The notes under the pieces were generated by a model, which saw only the letters and a list, made by a program, of their open reading frames with translations, made no database searches and had not been told where the DNA came from. Source: Bacteriovoracia bacterium (lineage in GTDB: Bacteria > Bdellovibrionota > UBA1018 > JBFWNL01). From it: DNA of 64,000 nt. Made by a program: the position numbers and the translations under genes. The DNA is taken from positions 96,001 to 160,000 of the forward strand of contig JBFWNL010000003.1 in NCBI GenBank assembly GCA_050251055.1. The letters run 5' to 3'. Position 1 is the first letter of the stretch. Each line of letters opens with the position of its first letter. This document shows, piece by piece, positions 19,945 through 28,643 of this stretch.

Positions 19945-20751
19945 TTATCTGCCCATGGACGCCATGACCGCGGTCATGTGCGTCCCGATATTCCCAAACA
20001 TCGTAGACGTAACGTCCTGAAACTCCGGCACGCTCAAGAGCATCACGAACAGCCCCACGAACGCGCTAATCGAAAAAGACAGTACGAGCACGTTGAGCTG
20101 CGGCACCGCGCGCGCCATCACGCCGTAAAAAATGTTGATCCCAAAGAGTGCGACCGCCATCGGCGCTGCGATCTGAAGCCCCATGCGCAGGACTTCACCG
20201 CTGAAGTGGATCAGCTTGTCGGCGAAAATCGCGCCAAACTCCGCCTTGCCCATGCCCACCAACCGATAGCTATCGAGCGCGCTCCGTAGCATCAGGTGGT
20301 GGCCATCCATCGCCAGGAAAATCAACATTGCGATGGTCGTTTGGATCTTGGCCACGACCTGGGTTTGCGTTTCCTGATGGGGGTCGAAGACGCTGGCGGA
20401 TGCGAAACCCATGAAACTACCGGCGATGTCAGAACCGATCTGAATGGCATCGAAAACCATGCGGGCGGAGAACCCCACGACGGCGCCGAAGAGCGCCTCC
20501 TTGGCGATCACGCCCCCCAGGGTAGAGGCCTGCGCGGCCCAGATCGCGGCCTCGGCAGGGCGGACCTGGCCGCTGCTCACCAAGATCGGATACACGACCA
20601 GGGTAATCGCCACCGACAGAAGAATCTTGGCCGGAGCGGGCACCGACTTGTCCCCCAAAAAAGGCAAGGTCGCGATAATCACGCTAAAGCGCACGAGCAC
20701 GGCGAAAAAGGTCATGATCTCGTTCTGGTCGAACTGCAGAAGCGAACTCAC
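19945..20751 (-). CDS. fliR: Flagellar export protein FliR
   Basis: MGF...VFDP, DGHHLML, RAVPQLNV; gene order. Confidence 0.95.
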   Translation of the reverse strand: MSSLLQFDQNEIMTFFAVLVRFSVIIATLPFLGDKSVPAPAKILLSVAITLVVYPILVSSGQVRPAEAAIWAAQASTLGGVIAKEALFGAVVGFSARMVFDAIQIGSDIAGSFMGFASASVFDPHQETQTQVVAKIQTTIAMLIFLAMDGHHLMLRSALDSYRLVGMGKAEFGAIFADKLIHFSGEVLRMGLQIAAPMAVALFGINIFYGVMARAVPQLNVLVLSFSISAFVGLFVMLLSVPEFQDVTSTMFGNIGTHMTAVMASMGR

Positions 20752-21017
20752 CTAATCCAGACCCCCGCGTTGCCAAACACCGTGATCGCGTACTCCTGCA
20801 TGACCTTGAGCATCCACGGCGCCATCACGGCCATGACGAGCACGACCGCGAATATTTTAGGAATGAAGGTCAGGGTGGATTCGTTGATTTGCGTGATGGC
20901 TTGCAGCACGCTGACGACGATACCGATGATCATGGCCGCGAGCAGTAGTGGACTCGCGAGCAAAAGCGTCGTCTTGATCGCTTCGGCTCCGATCGAAAGC
21001 ACTAATTCGTCCGTCAT
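20748..21017 (-). CDS. fliQ: Flagellar export protein FliQ
   Basis: LQAITQINESTLTFIPK motif. Confidence 0.97.
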   Translation of the reverse strand: MTDELVLSIGAEAIKTTLLLASPLLLAAMIIGIVVSVLQAITQINESTLTFIPKIFAVVLVMAVMAPWMLKVMQEYAITVFGNAGVWIR

Positions 21018-21056
21018 TTGTCCCCCCGCGCGGACCGTCCGCGCTCATCTGCAAAT

Positions 21057-21857
21057 CTAACCGAAACTTTTCACCAGGCTGCCTACGACCAGCTCCCAGC
21101 CGTCCACGAGGACGAAAAGCAGAATCTTAAAAGGCAGCGAAATCATCATCGGCGGCAGCATCATCATCCCCATCGCCATCAGCACGCTGGCCACGACCAT
21201 GTCGAGGACCAGGAACGGCAGGTAGAGCATGAAACCGATTTGAAAAGCCGTTTTCAGCTCGCTGATGATGAAGGCCGGAACCAAAATATATGTCGGCACG
21301 TCCGCGCGGGTTTGCGGCTTTTCGCTCTTAGTGAGCGACAGGAAAAGCTCAAGATCCTTTTCGCGGGTTTGACTGAACATGAACTCGCGAATCGGCACCT
21401 CGGCGCGCTCGAGCGCCGTCTTTTGCGGAATCTGCTCGTTCATATAGGGTTCGATGGCGCTGGCGTTGATTTGCTGGAAAGTCGGCGCCATCACGAAAAA
21501 CGAAAGGAAAAGAGATAAGCCGATAATTAACTGGTTTGGCGGCATCTGCTGGGTTCCCAGCGATTGCCGTAGGAAGCTCAAAACTACCACGATGCGCGTG
21601 AACGAGGTCATCATGATCAGGATCGCGGGCGCCAGTGAAAGCACCGTGAGCATGATCACGATGCGCAAAACGGAAACCAGGTCCTGCGGTTTGTCCGATC
21701 CGCCGAAATTGAGCGATAGCGCCGGCACGGTCAGTCCCGAGGTGCCCGGGACGTACTTTTGGTTGTCCGCGTAGGCTGGCGCCGCCGTCACCGACGCCAG
21801 GGCAATCCCCAGGACGGCACTAAAAGTCAAGATGGCGGAGACCAGCCGTTTGATCAT
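21057..21857 (-). CDS. fliP: Flagellar export protein FliP
   Basis: [50 protein letters not shown]. Confidence 0.98.
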   Translation of the reverse strand: MIKRLVSAILTFSAVLGIALASVTAAPAYADNQKYVPGTSGLTVPALSLNFGGSDKPQDLVSVLRIVIMLTVLSLAPAILIMMTSFTRIVVVLSFLRQSLGTQQMPPNQLIIGLSLFLSFFVMAPTFQQINASAIEPYMNEQIPQKTALERAEVPIREFMFSQTREKDLELFLSLTKSEKPQTRADVPTYILVPAFIISELKTAFQIGFMLYLPFLVLDMVVASVLMAMGMMMLPPMMISLPFKILLFVLVDGWELVVGSLVKSFG

Positions 21858-23047
21858 AGCGACTTCATCCCCTTGAGGCGGTCCCGGATACGGTCCCGGG
21901 CGTTGGCGCTCTTGGCCGCCGAGCTCAGCTTGACCGAGTCGGAAACGCGGTTCGTGGCCTGCGCCATCGCGGGATCGAGCACGGCATCGAAGCTAAGGGC
22001 CGGTCCCTTGGCGGCGGGAGCCGTCGCCGCTGGGCGACGATCCGTCGACTGAACCGGAGCGTGGGCCGAGGCGGGCGTCGCACGCGTGGTGGGCTCGAGC
22101 TCTTCGTCGAAATCCCCGACCGCTTCCGCCAATGCCGAAAGGTGCGAGATCAAATTGATCGAATCCTCGGTGATCCCTAGCACCATTTCCTTGCCGTTCA
22201 CGCGAACCACCGCGATGCTCTTCTTTGGCCCCAGGTAATGCGTGGCCATCACCTCGATAGCGGCCTTACGAGCGGATTTGCCTTTTTGGAACATGCCCGT
22301 AAGGCGGCCTTGCAATGACCCGCGGCCTTTTAGCTTCCGCAGCAGGAGCACGGCGCCCCCAAACATCGCGAGGATCAATCCCAGCCAGGCGAACGCCCGG
22401 ATCGGGCTAGGCAGGGGTTTGGCGCTCGTCAGCGGGAGCTTTTCCCCTTTGGAATCCGTCTTCAGATCTAGCTTCGCGGCCGACTTTCCATCCGCTTTGG
22501 CCGCGGGCTTAGGCGCGCCCAGAACTTTCTCTAGTAACGCCTTCTGCTCCTTATCGAGCGTGGGCGGGGAATCGTCGGCGGCGGTTTCAGCGGGTGCTTG
22601 GCGCGTGGCCTGCGCGGATGCGGTGGCGATGGCATCTTTTTTAGTGTCCTTCGGTCCCAGCTTCACGATGAGCTGCTTGCCATTGGCCTGCAGCTGCAGG
22701 CGATTGCGGAACGCCTCGGCGCTCTCCTTCACGCTCAGGCGACACCGAACCAGCTTCGGCGTGTACTGATAGGTAAAAATCTTGGTGATCTCCCCGCTAT
22801 CGACGGCGAGGATCTTTGCTGGATAGACCGAAACGTCCTTCAGACTGAGCTGAATGATATCGCGCACGTATTCGATTCCTACCTGCGCCATCGAGATGGG
22901 CTGGTCGAACTGCAGCACGATCTGCTCGCCTTTTCCGGATTGAACCTGCTTTAACACCGTGGTGGCCGAGGCTTCGCTCGGTAGGCACGCGGCCGCGACG
23001 AGCCCCAACCCCGCGAGAAAAAAGCCGGACAACTTGCTTTGCATCAT
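21854..23047 (-). CDS. fliO: FliO with large N-terminal periplasmic domain
   Basis: Between fliN and fliP; TM helix followed by [20 protein letters not shown]....VLGIT..SINLI; start placed at ATG 23047 behind AAGGAAGG. Confidence 0.85.
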   Translation of the reverse strand: MMQSKLSGFFLAGLGLVAAACLPSEASATTVLKQVQSGKGEQIVLQFDQPISMAQVGIEYVRDIIQLSLKDVSVYPAKILAVDSGEITKIFTYQYTPKLVRCRLSVKESAEAFRNRLQLQANGKQLIVKLGPKDTKKDAIATASAQATRQAPAETAADDSPPTLDKEQKALLEKVLGAPKPAAKADGKSAAKLDLKTDSKGEKLPLTSAKPLPSPIRAFAWLGLILAMFGGAVLLLRKLKGRGSLQGRLTGMFQKGKSARKAAIEVMATHYLGPKKSIAVVRVNGKEMVLGITEDSINLISHLSALAEAVGDFDEELEPTTRATPASAHAPVQSTDRRPAATAPAAKGPALSFDAVLDPAMAQATNRVSDSVKLSSAAKSANARDRIRDRLKGMKSL

Positions 23048-23104
23048 AAAGCCTTCCTTGGCAAACTCCCGGGCCATCCTGGTCCGGGTTCAAAGCTTGA
23101 AACC

Positions 23105-23542
23105 TTACTTCAGCTGCTCGATCCGCTCGATCGGGGAGATGATATCCGTCAGACGAATCCCGAACTTCTCGTTTACGACCACGACTTCACCGCGAGCGAC
23201 GAGCTTTTCGTTCACTAGAATTTCCAAGGGCTCGCCCGCGAGCTTCTGGAGCTCGATCACCGAACCTTGCCCTAACTCCAGGATCTCGCGGATGGACATT
23301 TTCGCCCGTCCTAGCTCCGCGGTGACCTTAAGGGGGATGTCGAGGATGAAGTCCAATGACTGCACCGGACCTGCCTTGGGGGCGCCGCCCGGTTTCCCGG
23401 CCCCGGCGGTCCCTTGAGCCGCGGCACCCGCCGCCGCCGCTTGGAGCAGCTGCTCCGCGCCGGCGCCTTCGATCGCGGCGGCCACATCGGTGGGCGCGCC
23501 TGGTTCCATTGGAGATGTGGTTGCTTCTTCACTCATAGTCAA
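23105..23542 (-). CDS. fliN: Flagellar motor switch protein FliN
   Basis: LDFILDIPLKVTAELGR, GSVIEL.KLAGEP, GEVVVVNEKFGIR. Confidence 0.97.
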   Translation of the reverse strand: MTMSEEATTSPMEPGAPTDVAAAIEGAGAEQLLQAAAAGAAAQGTAGAGKPGGAPKAGPVQSLDFILDIPLKVTAELGRAKMSIREILELGQGSVIELQKLAGEPLEILVNEKLVARGEVVVVNEKFGIRLTDIISPIERIEQLK

Positions 23543-23560
23543 TTCCCTTCTTTAATCCGA

Positions 23561-24622
23561 CTAACCTTCTTCAATCAAACGCGTCACCTGGACCGCCCGG
23601 TTGCCGCGAGAAATTCCAAAAAAACACTTAAACTTGGCCACGCCTTCGACGTTCACCAGCAGCTCGGCGTCGCTGTCCTGATGCAAAGGGATGATGTCCC
23701 CTACGTTCAGATTTACGAGGTCGCCTACCGTAATTTGCGTTTCGCCGAGATTGACGGCGAGGTTCGCGCTGGCGTTGCGAAGGTGCTCTTCCATCATCTC
23801 CGTCCACTCCTTGTCCACGCGATCGGACTCGGTTTGGAAAGAAGCGTTCAACTTGTTCTTGATCGGCTCGATCGTCGAGTACGGAATCACCAAGGCGATC
23901 GTGCCACTCGCGTTTTCGAGTTCGACTTCAAACGTGGTGGAGATGATGACGTCGGATGGGGGAACCACGCCCACGAACTGGGGGTTCACTTCCACGCGCA
24001 GGAAAGAGATATCCACCTTATGCACCGGCGCCCACGCCTCCTCCAGGTCATGGATCGCTAGTTCCATCACCTTATGGATGATGGACAGCTCGATGCGAGT
24101 GAACTCCTTGCCTTCGATTTTGGTATAAGGACGATCCGTGCCGCCGAAGTAGCTGTCGACCAGCGCGTAGGCGAGCTTCGATTCAAACACGAGCAACGCC
24201 GGCCCCCGCAGGCTCTCGAAACGCATGATGCACATGCAGCTGGGGATGGGGAGCGTATTGACGAATTCGCCGAACTTCAAAAGGTCGGTAGAAATGATGC
24301 TGATAGAAGCGATTTTTCGCAGCGAGTTCGAGAGCGACATCCGGAACAAGCGGATAAAACGCTCGTAAATAATATCGAGAGTCGGCATCCGGCCGCGAAT
24401 AACGCGGTCCTGGTTGGTAAGGTCGTAAGGCGTAACCTCTGGGCCGTCGGCGATGGCTTCCACGCCACCCAGTGATCCGGCGCCCCCGCCGGCTCCGCCG
24501 GCGGCGCCCGCCGCGCCACCCGCACCGGCCGCGCCACCCCCGCCGCTGGCTACGTCCAGCGAGCCTTCGGAGACCGCGCTCAACAGAGCATCGACTTCAG
24601 CCTGGGTTAATACTTGATTCAT
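23561..24622 (-). CDS. fliM: Flagellar motor switch protein FliM
   Basis: CheY-binding peptide VLTQAEVDALL; YFGG; EVNPQF; C-terminal SpoA domain. Confidence 0.97.
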   Translation of the reverse strand: MNQVLTQAEVDALLSAVSEGSLDVASGGGGAAGAGGAAGAAGGAGGGAGSLGGVEAIADGPEVTPYDLTNQDRVIRGRMPTLDIIYERFIRLFRMSLSNSLRKIASISIISTDLLKFGEFVNTLPIPSCMCIMRFESLRGPALLVFESKLAYALVDSYFGGTDRPYTKIEGKEFTRIELSIIHKVMELAIHDLEEAWAPVHKVDISFLRVEVNPQFVGVVPPSDVIISTTFEVELENASGTIALVIPYSTIEPIKNKLNASFQTESDRVDKEWTEMMEEHLRNASANLAVNLGETQITVGDLVNLNVGDIIPLHQDSDAELLVNVEGVAKFKCFFGISRGNRAVQVTRLIEEG

Positions 24623-24665
24623 AATTCAGCCGTCCTAGCTTCCTTACGTTACTGACATTCCATTG

Positions 24666-25283
24666 CTAACTACTGAGGGCGAAGTTCGTGAAGAATACTC
24701 CCTTCACCTTTCCCGTCACCAAAAAACTATTTAATGCGTTGCGGATCTCTTCCTTGAGAAAGTCTCGTTGCTCGGGCGACGAGAGGTCGCCGGGCTTCTT
24801 GCTGTTGAACAGATCGATGATCGTATTGCGTACTTGCGGCATCTTCTGCGTGACTTCCGACTCCGTGTCGTCCGAAGGAACCTGCACGGAGATGCTCACG
24901 CGCACGAACTTTGGATTCACGCTGCCGACGGTGGAGAGGTTGACCGTGAATTGCTCGAGCGTGACCATCTTGCCGAAATCTTGATCGCCGCCGGAATCAT
25001 GGCCCTTGGCCGCTTCGCCATGACCATCTTTCGCGGCTTCGCCATGACCGCCGGCTTCGCCGTGGCCTCCCGCTTCGCCGTGGCCACCACCATGCTCATC
25101 TTCGGCGACGATGTCGTCGACCTTGGGATGGGAGTTTTCTTTTTTGAAAGAAATGAAAAGAACGCCGACCACGCCGATAGTGACGAGCAGATTCACCGCG
25201 GTCAAGATCAGTACGAGCTTATTGCCACCGCCGCCTTTACCGGCGTCGGCCGCTGCGGGTTCAGCTGCTTTTTCTTCCGACAT
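24666..25283 (-). CDS. fliL: Flagellar basal-body protein FliL
   Basis: Single N-terminal TM; LEQFTVNL, PQVRNTII, VKGVFFTNF. Confidence 0.93.
   Translation of the reverse strand: MSEEKAAEPAAADAGKGGGGNKLVLILTAVNLLVTIGVVGVLFISFKKENSHPKVDDIVAEDEHGGGHGEAGGHGEAGGHGEAAKDGHGEAAKGHDSGGDQDFGKMVTLEQFTVNLSTVGSVNPKFVRVSISVQVPSDDTESEVTQKMPQVRNTIIDLFNSKKPGDLSSPEQRDFLKEEIRNALNSFLVTGKVKGVFFTNFALSS
24999..25094 (-). repeat. In-frame tandem repeat encoding (G)GHGEA x4 inside fliL
   Basis: Imperfect 18-21 nt units (gcttcgccatgacc / gcttcgccgtggcc) encoding HGGGHGEAGGHGEAGGHGEAAKDGHGEAAKGH. Confidence 0.85.
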
Positions 25284-25363
25284 GGGTTGAGCTACCCCTC
25301 CCTATCCACTTATTTTGCAATGAGTTGCACAAGCGAACAAGTCGGCAATATTTGCAGGCCGTG

Positions 25364-25393
25364 AATATAGGGGGGCGTTCGAGCCGCCGTCAA
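25364..25393 (-). promoter_or_regulatory. Putative sigma70 promoter for the fliL-fliA segment
   Basis: Minus strand TTGACG-N18-TATATT about 80 nt upstream of the fliL start. Confidence 0.5.
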
Positions 25394-25424
25394 GGAATTG
25401 GCAGACCCCGACTTTTTGGGGGGG

Positions 25425-25453
25425 CGGCTCCGGAGCACGAGCCTCCGGAGCCG
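25425..25453. terminator. Inverted repeat downstream of flgE (possible terminator or mRNA stabiliser)
   Basis: Perfect 11-bp stem cggctccggag / ctccggagccg with 7-nt loop; no U-tract on the minus strand. Confidence 0.4.
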
Positions 25454-25509
25454 TGAACTACGTCAAATAACTGCCGGTGCCGAGGCTAATCCCCGACACC
25501 GGCCTAAAA

Positions 25510-26790
25510 TTACGTACGCTTCAAGTTGATCACTTCCTGCATCATCTCGTCCGCCACGCTCACCACGCGGGTGTTGGCTTGGAAGTTACGCTGAGCGTTC
25601 ATCAGGTTGATGAACTCATCGGCGATATCCGTCGTGGAAGACTCGATGGTCTTGGCCGAGATCCGACCGCGGCCGCCCTGCGACGGAGCGCCGATTGTAG
25701 GCTGTCCCGACAAGCGGCTTTCGCGGTATCGGTTTTGACCGCTCTTGAACAGGCCTTCCGGATTCTCGAACTTGGCCAAAGCGAGCTGCGCCAAGTTGAT
25801 GTTTTCCCCGTTGGTGTAGATCGCGACCAACATGCCGTCGTCGTTGATCGAAAGGCCCGCCAGGGTGCCCGCCGTATAGCCGTCTTGCATGGTCTTGTAG
25901 GCTTCCGATTCCGTACCATACTGGGTGACCTGGAGACCATCTCCGCCTTCTTTTCTCGACTTTCCGAAATTGAAGCGAATCTCCTGATCGGGCTGCGAGC
26001 CGATGAAGTTAAACGCCGACTTATCCGTCTGGTTCTCCTCCAAGCGGCCATCAGAGCCGAAGATCAACTTCCCAGCCGCCTGCTCCACGAGCTGACCGCG
26101 TTCGCCGCCGGTGATATCCTCACCCTTGGCCATGATGCGCCACTGCCATTGGCCTTCATCGACCTTGTTGAAATAGGCGGTCACGGTATGCGCCGTACCG
26201 GCCGTGTCGTAAACCGTCATGCCCGTCGCGAAGTGCGCCGTTTTCTCCGGCATCTTCGGATCGAACTGCAGGTTTTTATCGGCCTTGAGATTGAGGTTGG
26301 CGTAGAGGTTCACTTCCGAAGTCTTCTTCGCGTCGACGACGGTTCGGCCGGCGGCGATGGAGCCCATCTTGGAAGTGATCTTGCCTTGGTCGTCCGCCTG
26401 GAAACCCATCACGCGGTAACCGTCGGCGTTGATCAGCGCCCCTTCCTTATCGAAGTGGAAGGATCCGTTACGCGTGAAGCTGCGTCCGTCGACGCCGTCC
26501 ACGACGAAGAATCCGTCGCCGGTGATGGCCAAGTCGGTAGCCGATTCGGTCTGCACCAGGGAGCCTTGCGAGAAGATGGGGTTCACCGCCGCGAGCTTCA
26601 CGCCGCGGCCGATTTGGTTACCGCCCAAGATCCCCTTGAGGGACTTCGCGACCACATCCTGAAACTCGGGTCGGGAGGTCTTAAAGCCTACGGTGTTAGC
26701 GTTGGCGATGTTGTCGCCGTAGATCGAGAGGGCTTCACCTTGGCCTTTTAAGCCGGTGACGCCAGTATACATAGATGAAAGAATACCCAT
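25510..26790 (-). CDS. flgE: Flagellar hook protein FlgE
   Basis: GDNIANANTVGFK, TDLAITGDGFF, FTRNGSF, ESSTTDIADEFINLMNAQRNFQAN. Confidence 0.97.
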   Translation of the reverse strand: MGILSSMYTGVTGLKGQGEALSIYGDNIANANTVGFKTSRPEFQDVVAKSLKGILGGNQIGRGVKLAAVNPIFSQGSLVQTESATDLAITGDGFFVVDGVDGRSFTRNGSFHFDKEGALINADGYRVMGFQADDQGKITSKMGSIAAGRTVVDAKKTSEVNLYANLNLKADKNLQFDPKMPEKTAHFATGMTVYDTAGTAHTVTAYFNKVDEGQWQWRIMAKGEDITGGERGQLVEQAAGKLIFGSDGRLEENQTDKSAFNFIGSQPDQEIRFNFGKSRKEGGDGLQVTQYGTESEAYKTMQDGYTAGTLAGLSINDDGMLVAIYTNGENINLAQLALAKFENPEGLFKSGQNRYRESRLSGQPTIGAPSQGGRGRISAKTIESSTTDIADEFINLMNAQRNFQANTRVVSVADEMMQEVINLKRT

Positions 26791-26794
26791 ATGG

Positions 26795-26925
26795 GACGCC
26801 TCCTTGCGTCGTTATTGGTTAAACGAACCCGCCGATCAGTCAGTCACGGCGAGCTAGGCTTCCCGTCTGGGTCCAGCCTAGATACTTCCTGCTATTTACC
26901 TACCGTGGCGCCATCCTGGCGTCCC
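26795..26925 (-). promoter_or_regulatory. Structured flgE leader with GGA-loop hairpins (putative CsrA/RsmA sites)
   Basis: Minus strand CGCCA-GGA-TGGCG (26921..26909); CAGGA near 26891; CTAGGCT-GGA-CCCAGACGGG-A-AGCCTAG; GACGC-AAGGAG-GCGTC (26810..26795) covering the SD. Confidence 0.55.
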
Positions 26926-26946
26926 GGCTTGCCATCTACGAAACAT

Positions 26947-27381
26947 TCAAACAATGACCGCGCCGTCAATGTTCGTGAAAACATTGCCGTTCAATGAATT
27001 TTTATCCATTGCGGTCACTACCGTGCGATTCGGGACATTCACGATAAATGCCGCGTCGGACGTGATCACTAACGTATCATCGATTCCCTTCGCGGCGGCC
27101 TTATCGATCGCGCCATTGATCTTCTCCATCAAAGCCGGATCCATCGAAATCTTTCGATCGTTCAAGCGTTGATTCGCGTGCGCTGAAAACTTCAACGGCT
27201 CGCGAATCTTGGAAAGATCTTTCGCCGCGTCTTTGCCGATCTCGTTGCGGAAAACGGCATCGAATTCTCCCGGAACCGCTTTCTCCGTCTTGCCGCCGAT
27301 TCTTTGTCCACGCTCGGCTTCTACGCGACCGGTTTGACTATTAAGCGAAGTTACGTTCGGGTATAAAATGGGACCGCTCAT
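26947..27381 (-). CDS. TIGR02530-family flagellar operon protein
   Basis: LKFSAHA.QRL..R, KAAAKG, NRTVVTAMD, NVFTNIDGAVI; lies between flgD and flgE. Confidence 0.92.
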   Translation of the reverse strand: MSGPILYPNVTSLNSQTGRVEAERGQRIGGKTEKAVPGEFDAVFRNEIGKDAAKDLSKIREPLKFSAHANQRLNDRKISMDPALMEKINGAIDKAAAKGIDDTLVITSDAAFIVNVPNRTVVTAMDKNSLNGNVFTNIDGAVIV

Positions 27382-27384
27382 GCT

Positions 27385-28554
27385 CTATTCACCTCCTTCC
27401 TTGCTACTTTTATTGTAAACCGACATTCCATTTGGAAAACCTTTTTCTTCGCCCGCGCCTTGCTCATCCGCGGCAGCTTCTGCCGATTTTGCGGCGGCCT
27501 GCTGGGCTTGGTAACTCGCCAAGGCTTTCGCCGCGTCGGCCGGCAACTGCTTGGCCGAAACCGTCTCCGAACCCACGCCCGGTTCGAACTTGATGAAGTT
27601 GCCTCCGCCGGACTTCACGGGCGTGAACGGATTGGCCGGGGCCGCGGCCGTTCCTTCAGCCCCCTCGGCGGTCGCCGGAGTCGGCGCGGCGCCCATACCC
27701 ATCTTCGCGGCGAGCCCCGGGGGCAACGCGACATCGCCCGCGTCTTCGATCTGGGTCACGTTCTCGAGCTTCACTTTCACGTTGGAATTCGCATCGCCGA
27801 CGATAAACACGGGATCCTCGCCCTGCAGGGCCACGCCAATGATTTTCGAACGGGAAAGGGCGTTGGTCGCGAGCGGCTTGTCGTCCTTGCCCACCGCTTC
27901 TACCCGGATAAGATAATCGCCGCTTTCGGCCTCGATCGTATTGGCTTTCTTCCCGTCCCAGACAAAGCTTTGCGCGCCCGCGGCTTTCGGTCCTAAACTT
28001 TTTTCCATGACGACTTCGCCCGCTTGGGAAACCAGCGCGAGTTTTACCTCTTTGGCGTCGGCCGGCAGGTTGAAGTTCACGGTTTGATTGTCGCCTTTGG
28101 TGTGCGGGAAGCGGTTTTGGTCGATCACGACCGTCTTTCCGATCAGGTTTGTCATGGTCAAGCGCTCGAGCGGCTTATGCTGGTTGCCGAGCTTCTTCAA
28201 GGCCTGACTGACATTGGACATCTGTTCGAGCTGGGCGATCTGCGCGATTTCTTGGCCCAGTTTTTCAGTGTCGAAAGGTTTGGTCGGATCCTGGTGCTTC
28301 ATCTGCGAAATCATGATCCGCATGAAATCGTCTTTATCGAGGGATTTCTTGATTTGGCGTGGCTTTTCCGGCTTGGCGCCCATATCCGACTGGATGCGAT
28401 TCCAAACGTCGGCAAAGCTCTGCTTACCGCCTTCGCCCGGCTTACCGGCGCCACCCGTTTTGGGCGTGGCCGCGGGCTTGCGCAGCTCCGGCTCGGCTCC
28501 CCCCACGTTCACGGGCGGCGGGGCATTGAAGGTTTGTCCACGAATCGGGTCCAT
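27385..28554 (-). CDS. flgD: Flagellar hook-capping protein FlgD
   Basis: LDKDDFMRIMISQMKHQDPTKP, AQLEQMSN, LIGK, FVWDGK; extra low-complexity C-terminal tail. Confidence 0.93.
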   Translation of the reverse strand: MDPIRGQTFNAPPPVNVGGAEPELRKPAATPKTGGAGKPGEGGKQSFADVWNRIQSDMGAKPEKPRQIKKSLDKDDFMRIMISQMKHQDPTKPFDTEKLGQEIAQIAQLEQMSNVSQALKKLGNQHKPLERLTMTNLIGKTVVIDQNRFPHTKGDNQTVNFNLPADAKEVKLALVSQAGEVVMEKSLGPKAAGAQSFVWDGKKANTIEAESGDYLIRVEAVGKDDKPLATNALSRSKIIGVALQGEDPVFIVGDANSNVKVKLENVTQIEDAGDVALPPGLAAKMGMGAAPTPATAEGAEGTAAAPANPFTPVKSGGGNFIKFEPGVGSETVSAKQLPADAAKALASYQAQQAAAKSAEAAADEQGAGEEKGFPNGMSVYNKSSKEGGE

Positions 28555-28643
28555 TTAACTCGCTTACTCCTGGTTCACTTCTTGGGGAGGGGGCGACCGG
28601 CCATGCCGGCCCCCCCTTCACCAAACTCACTGCTTTCCACTAG

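Noticed and set aside
23061-23076. Sigma54-like TGGCCCGGGAGTTTGC upstream of fliO
   Set aside because: GG-GC spacing is 11 rather than the required 10, and it is too close to the start codon.
25477-26751. 424-aa plus-strand ORF opposite flgE (similarly 55270..56403 opposite metK and 9136..9930 opposite mazG)
   Set aside because: Antisense frames left open by codon bias of conserved genes; no independent coding signal.
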